50,930 nt of DNA from an uncultured Gammaproteobacteria bacterium (GTDB lineage: Bacteria; Patescibacteriota; Patescibacteriia; Veblenbacterales; UBA10138), in assembly GCA_964566145.1 (NCBI GenBank), contig CAZMHN010000002.1, positions 23,522-74,451 on the forward strand. The letters run 5' to 3'. How positions within the stretch are numbered: position 1 is the first letter of the stretch; the number at the start of each line of letters is the position of its first letter. This document shows, piece by piece, positions 48,949 through 50,930 of the stretch. Both the position numbers and the translations under genes were made by a program. Under the pieces are notes generated by a model. It had not been told where the DNA came from. It saw nothing but the letters and a program-made list of their open reading frames with translations, and did not search any database.

Positions 48949-50913
48949 ATGGAACATCCAGTCAGTGCCTTTGCCAGTGGCGTGAGAGAGCTCGACGTTA
49001 CGCTCATTCGCGCTACGAACTACACCGATGATGGATACCCCATCAGAACGCGTGTAGGAGTAATACGCAGCAACACCCTGACGCAGATGGGCGCCTTGAC
49101 CCGCGACATAATCAACTACCCGTTCTTTGCTGGCGTCAGTGTGAACGTTCGCCTTGTCGATGAGGCGATTCAGCGGGTCCCCGTGAAAGAGGTGCTCAAG
49201 AGCTCGAAGCGGCCGGGCGTGAAATCCATTGTCATGCTGGTGGGCGTGCAAACCAATCAGTTCCCGCGGGCGCAGGACATTGCGGCTTGGTTCCTGTCGC
49301 ATGGCATCCCCGTGCTTATCGGCGGATTCCACGTGAGCGGTATGCTGGCCATGGTAGGCTTGACCCGTGATTTGCGTGAAGCCCTATTGAAGGGCATCAT
49401 CTTGGTCGCGGGCGAAGTCGAAGGAGAAAGGCTGCCGAACATCTTGGCGGACGTTGTCCAGGGTGAAGCTAAGCCGCTGTATGACTTGCTGAACCCCACA
49501 CCAGACCTCACGAACCTGCCCATACCCACCCTGACGAAGGGGGACTTGCAGGGATTCGCCTCGCCTTTCGGTACGCTTGATACGGGGCGAGGATGTCCGT
49601 TTGACTGCAAGTTCTGCACCATTATCAATGTGCAGGGTAAAACCGTGCGCTTCAGAAGTCCCGAGCGCGTTATTGAATTCGTGCGCCGGAACTATCGTCA
49701 GACTGGCGTGCGCCATTGTTTCTTTGTAGACGACAACCTGGCGCGTAATCCAGCTTGGCGGGGGCTTTTCCAGGGTCTTACGAAGTTGCGCGAGACAGAG
49801 CACATTCCGTTCACATTCATGATGCAGGCCGACCTTGCCGCCAGGAAGATGAAAGGAGGCGACTTTTTCTCGCTGGCGGCCAGAGCCGGATGCAACCAGG
49901 GGTTCTTCGGTCTTGAGACCATGAACCAGAAAAACCTGCGAGCGGAGGGCAAGCTCCAGAACCATGTTTCCGAGTATGCGGATCTGGTGGAGCACTGTCA
50001 TTCGTTGGGCATAACGTGCCACGCCGGCTACATCATCGGCTTGGATTTCGATACGCCCGACAGTATACGTGAGGACATTGGACAACTGAAGGCTATTGGC
50101 TTTGATTCAGCCTCGTTCTACGTTCTTACGCCTTTGCCTGGCTCGGAAGACCACCAAACATGGTGGAGGCAAAGGCGCTGGATGCACCCAGACTTCAACA
50201 TGTACGACTCGAATCACGTAGCGGTTATGCCACGGAATATGTCGGCGGAAGAGCTTCAGGCAACGCACCGGGACGTGTGGGAGTGGTTCTATTCGACCGA
50301 ACACATGGTGAACGTTCTGCGCGGCTGGCGTGCAAACCGTCGTCAGTATTGGAAACAGCTGTCCTTCTTTGCGTGGTATCTGTACTCTTCGCGCATCGAG
50401 CGCCTGCATCCCATGAACTGCGGATTCTGGACAGTGCGGCGCCGGAACGAGCGCAGGCCTGGTTTATCCCAGGAAGCGTTCCTGCCGTTCTGGCTCGGAC
50501 GTGCGCGATTCGCTGGCCACAGGTTGCGGGAACTGGTAAAGCTCTACCTTCAGCTTCAAGAGGTATGGCTCCAGAGCCGTCCCAAGAGCAGGGCGGAGGA
50601 GAGGCTTGAAGAGCTTGTCGCCAGAACCAGACAAGGCGTCGTGGATTGGCGCCAGGTTGAAGTTCGGGAGCTCCAAGCGCTCTATTTGAAGCTCAAAGAC
50701 CAGATGCCAGAGCTCAAGGTGCCTTCAACGGCCACGCTGTGGCTTAAGAAACACAATCCGTTCGTTCTTGGGTCATCGCGGGTATACATCACCCAGGTTT
50801 GGCGGAAATGGTACCGCCACGCATGGAATCCGATAAAGTGGGCGGAAGTCTGGACGTTCGAATTCGTGAGCGGCCTTCGCTTCATAACCCACCTTCTTAC
50901 AGAAGGGAGGTAA
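48949..50913 (+). CDS. B12-binding (class B) radical SAM protein with a long C-terminal extension
   Basis: Rossmann-like B12-binding region IVMLVGVQTNQFPRAQDIAAWFLSHGIPVLIGGFHVSG. Radical SAM cluster motif GRGCPFDCKFC (49594-49617). ATG 48949 lies 8 nt after the SD AAGGAGGTG (48932-48940). Confidence 0.8.
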   Translation: MEHPVSAFASGVRELDVTLIRATNYTDDGYPIRTRVGVIRSNTLTQMGALTRDIINYPFFAGVSVNVRLVDEAIQRVPVKEVLKSSKRPGVKSIVMLVGVQTNQFPRAQDIAAWFLSHGIPVLIGGFHVSGMLAMVGLTRDLREALLKGIILVAGEVEGERLPNILADVVQGEAKPLYDLLNPTPDLTNLPIPTLTKGDLQGFASPFGTLDTGRGCPFDCKFCTIINVQGKTVRFRSPERVIEFVRRNYRQTGVRHCFFVDDNLARNPAWRGLFQGLTKLRETEHIPFTFMMQADLAARKMKGGDFFSLAARAGCNQGFFGLETMNQKNLRAEGKLQNHVSEYADLVEHCHSLGITCHAGYIIGLDFDTPDSIREDIGQLKAIGFDSASFYVLTPLPGSEDHQTWWRQRRWMHPDFNMYDSNHVAVMPRNMSAEELQATHRDVWEWFYSTEHMVNVLRGWRANRRQYWKQLSFFAWYLYSSRIERLHPMNCGFWTVRRRNERRPGLSQEAFLPFWLGRARFAGHRLRELVKLYLQLQEVWLQSRPKSRAEERLEELVARTRQGVVDWRQVEVRELQALYLKLKDQMPELKVPSTATLWLKKHNPFVLGSSRVYITQVWRKWYRHAWNPIKWAEVWTFEFVSGLRFITHLLTEGR

Positions 50914-50930
50914 AACAATCAATACGTGCC

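Overview
This is a dense, GC-rich bacterial chromosome segment, mostly housekeeping genes on the + strand. In order it carries:
- three tandem membrane-anchored DsbA-like oxidoreductases, then lgt
- tRNA-Asp(GTC) on the - strand
- a roughly 5-kb block on the - strand encoding only exported or envelope proteins
- smpB, tmRNA (ssrA), infC, rpmI, rplT
- argS, ileS, recO and a large anchored surface protein
- a CDP-alcohol phosphatidyltransferase
- a small membrane protein followed by a membrane-anchored Clp/Hsp100-like ATPase
- a PlsC-like acyltransferase, glyQS, an M16 peptidase, an AI-2E permease and rsmI
- metG, cvpA, tatD, rmuC
- a complete F1Fo ATP synthase operon
- an orphan 253-aa gene
- a UvrD-type helicase fused to a PD-(D/E)XK nuclease, then a DUF721/DciA-like gene
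- pheS, pheT, gyrB
- a B12-binding radical SAM gene at the right edge

I saw no rRNA, CRISPR array, transposase or integrase.

Tight gene packing, overlapping start and stop codons, many SD-less or near-leaderless starts and many anchored hypothetical proteins suggest a streamlined, Patescibacteria/CPR-like organism. That is an inference, not a demonstrated result.

The signals most worth a second look:
1. The envelope island at 3.3-8.5 kb. It has two near-consensus promoters, long leaders, a seven-repeat PEGA lipoprotein with a 407-bp internal duplication (one mismatch), and an OmpA-like protein with inverted domain order.
2. A roughly 185-nt structured RNA element in one of the island leaders.
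3. An orphan promoter, 56-codon ORF and terminator unit next to tRNA-Asp.
4. tmRNA abutting a non-AUG infC start.
5. A membrane-anchored Clp ATPase whose first nucleotide-binding domain has lost its Walker A and B catalytic residues.
6. The orphan 253-aa Cys/His-motif protein.
7. The SD-driven class-B radical SAM gene.

All functional calls rest on motifs I recognised by eye; no searches were run.
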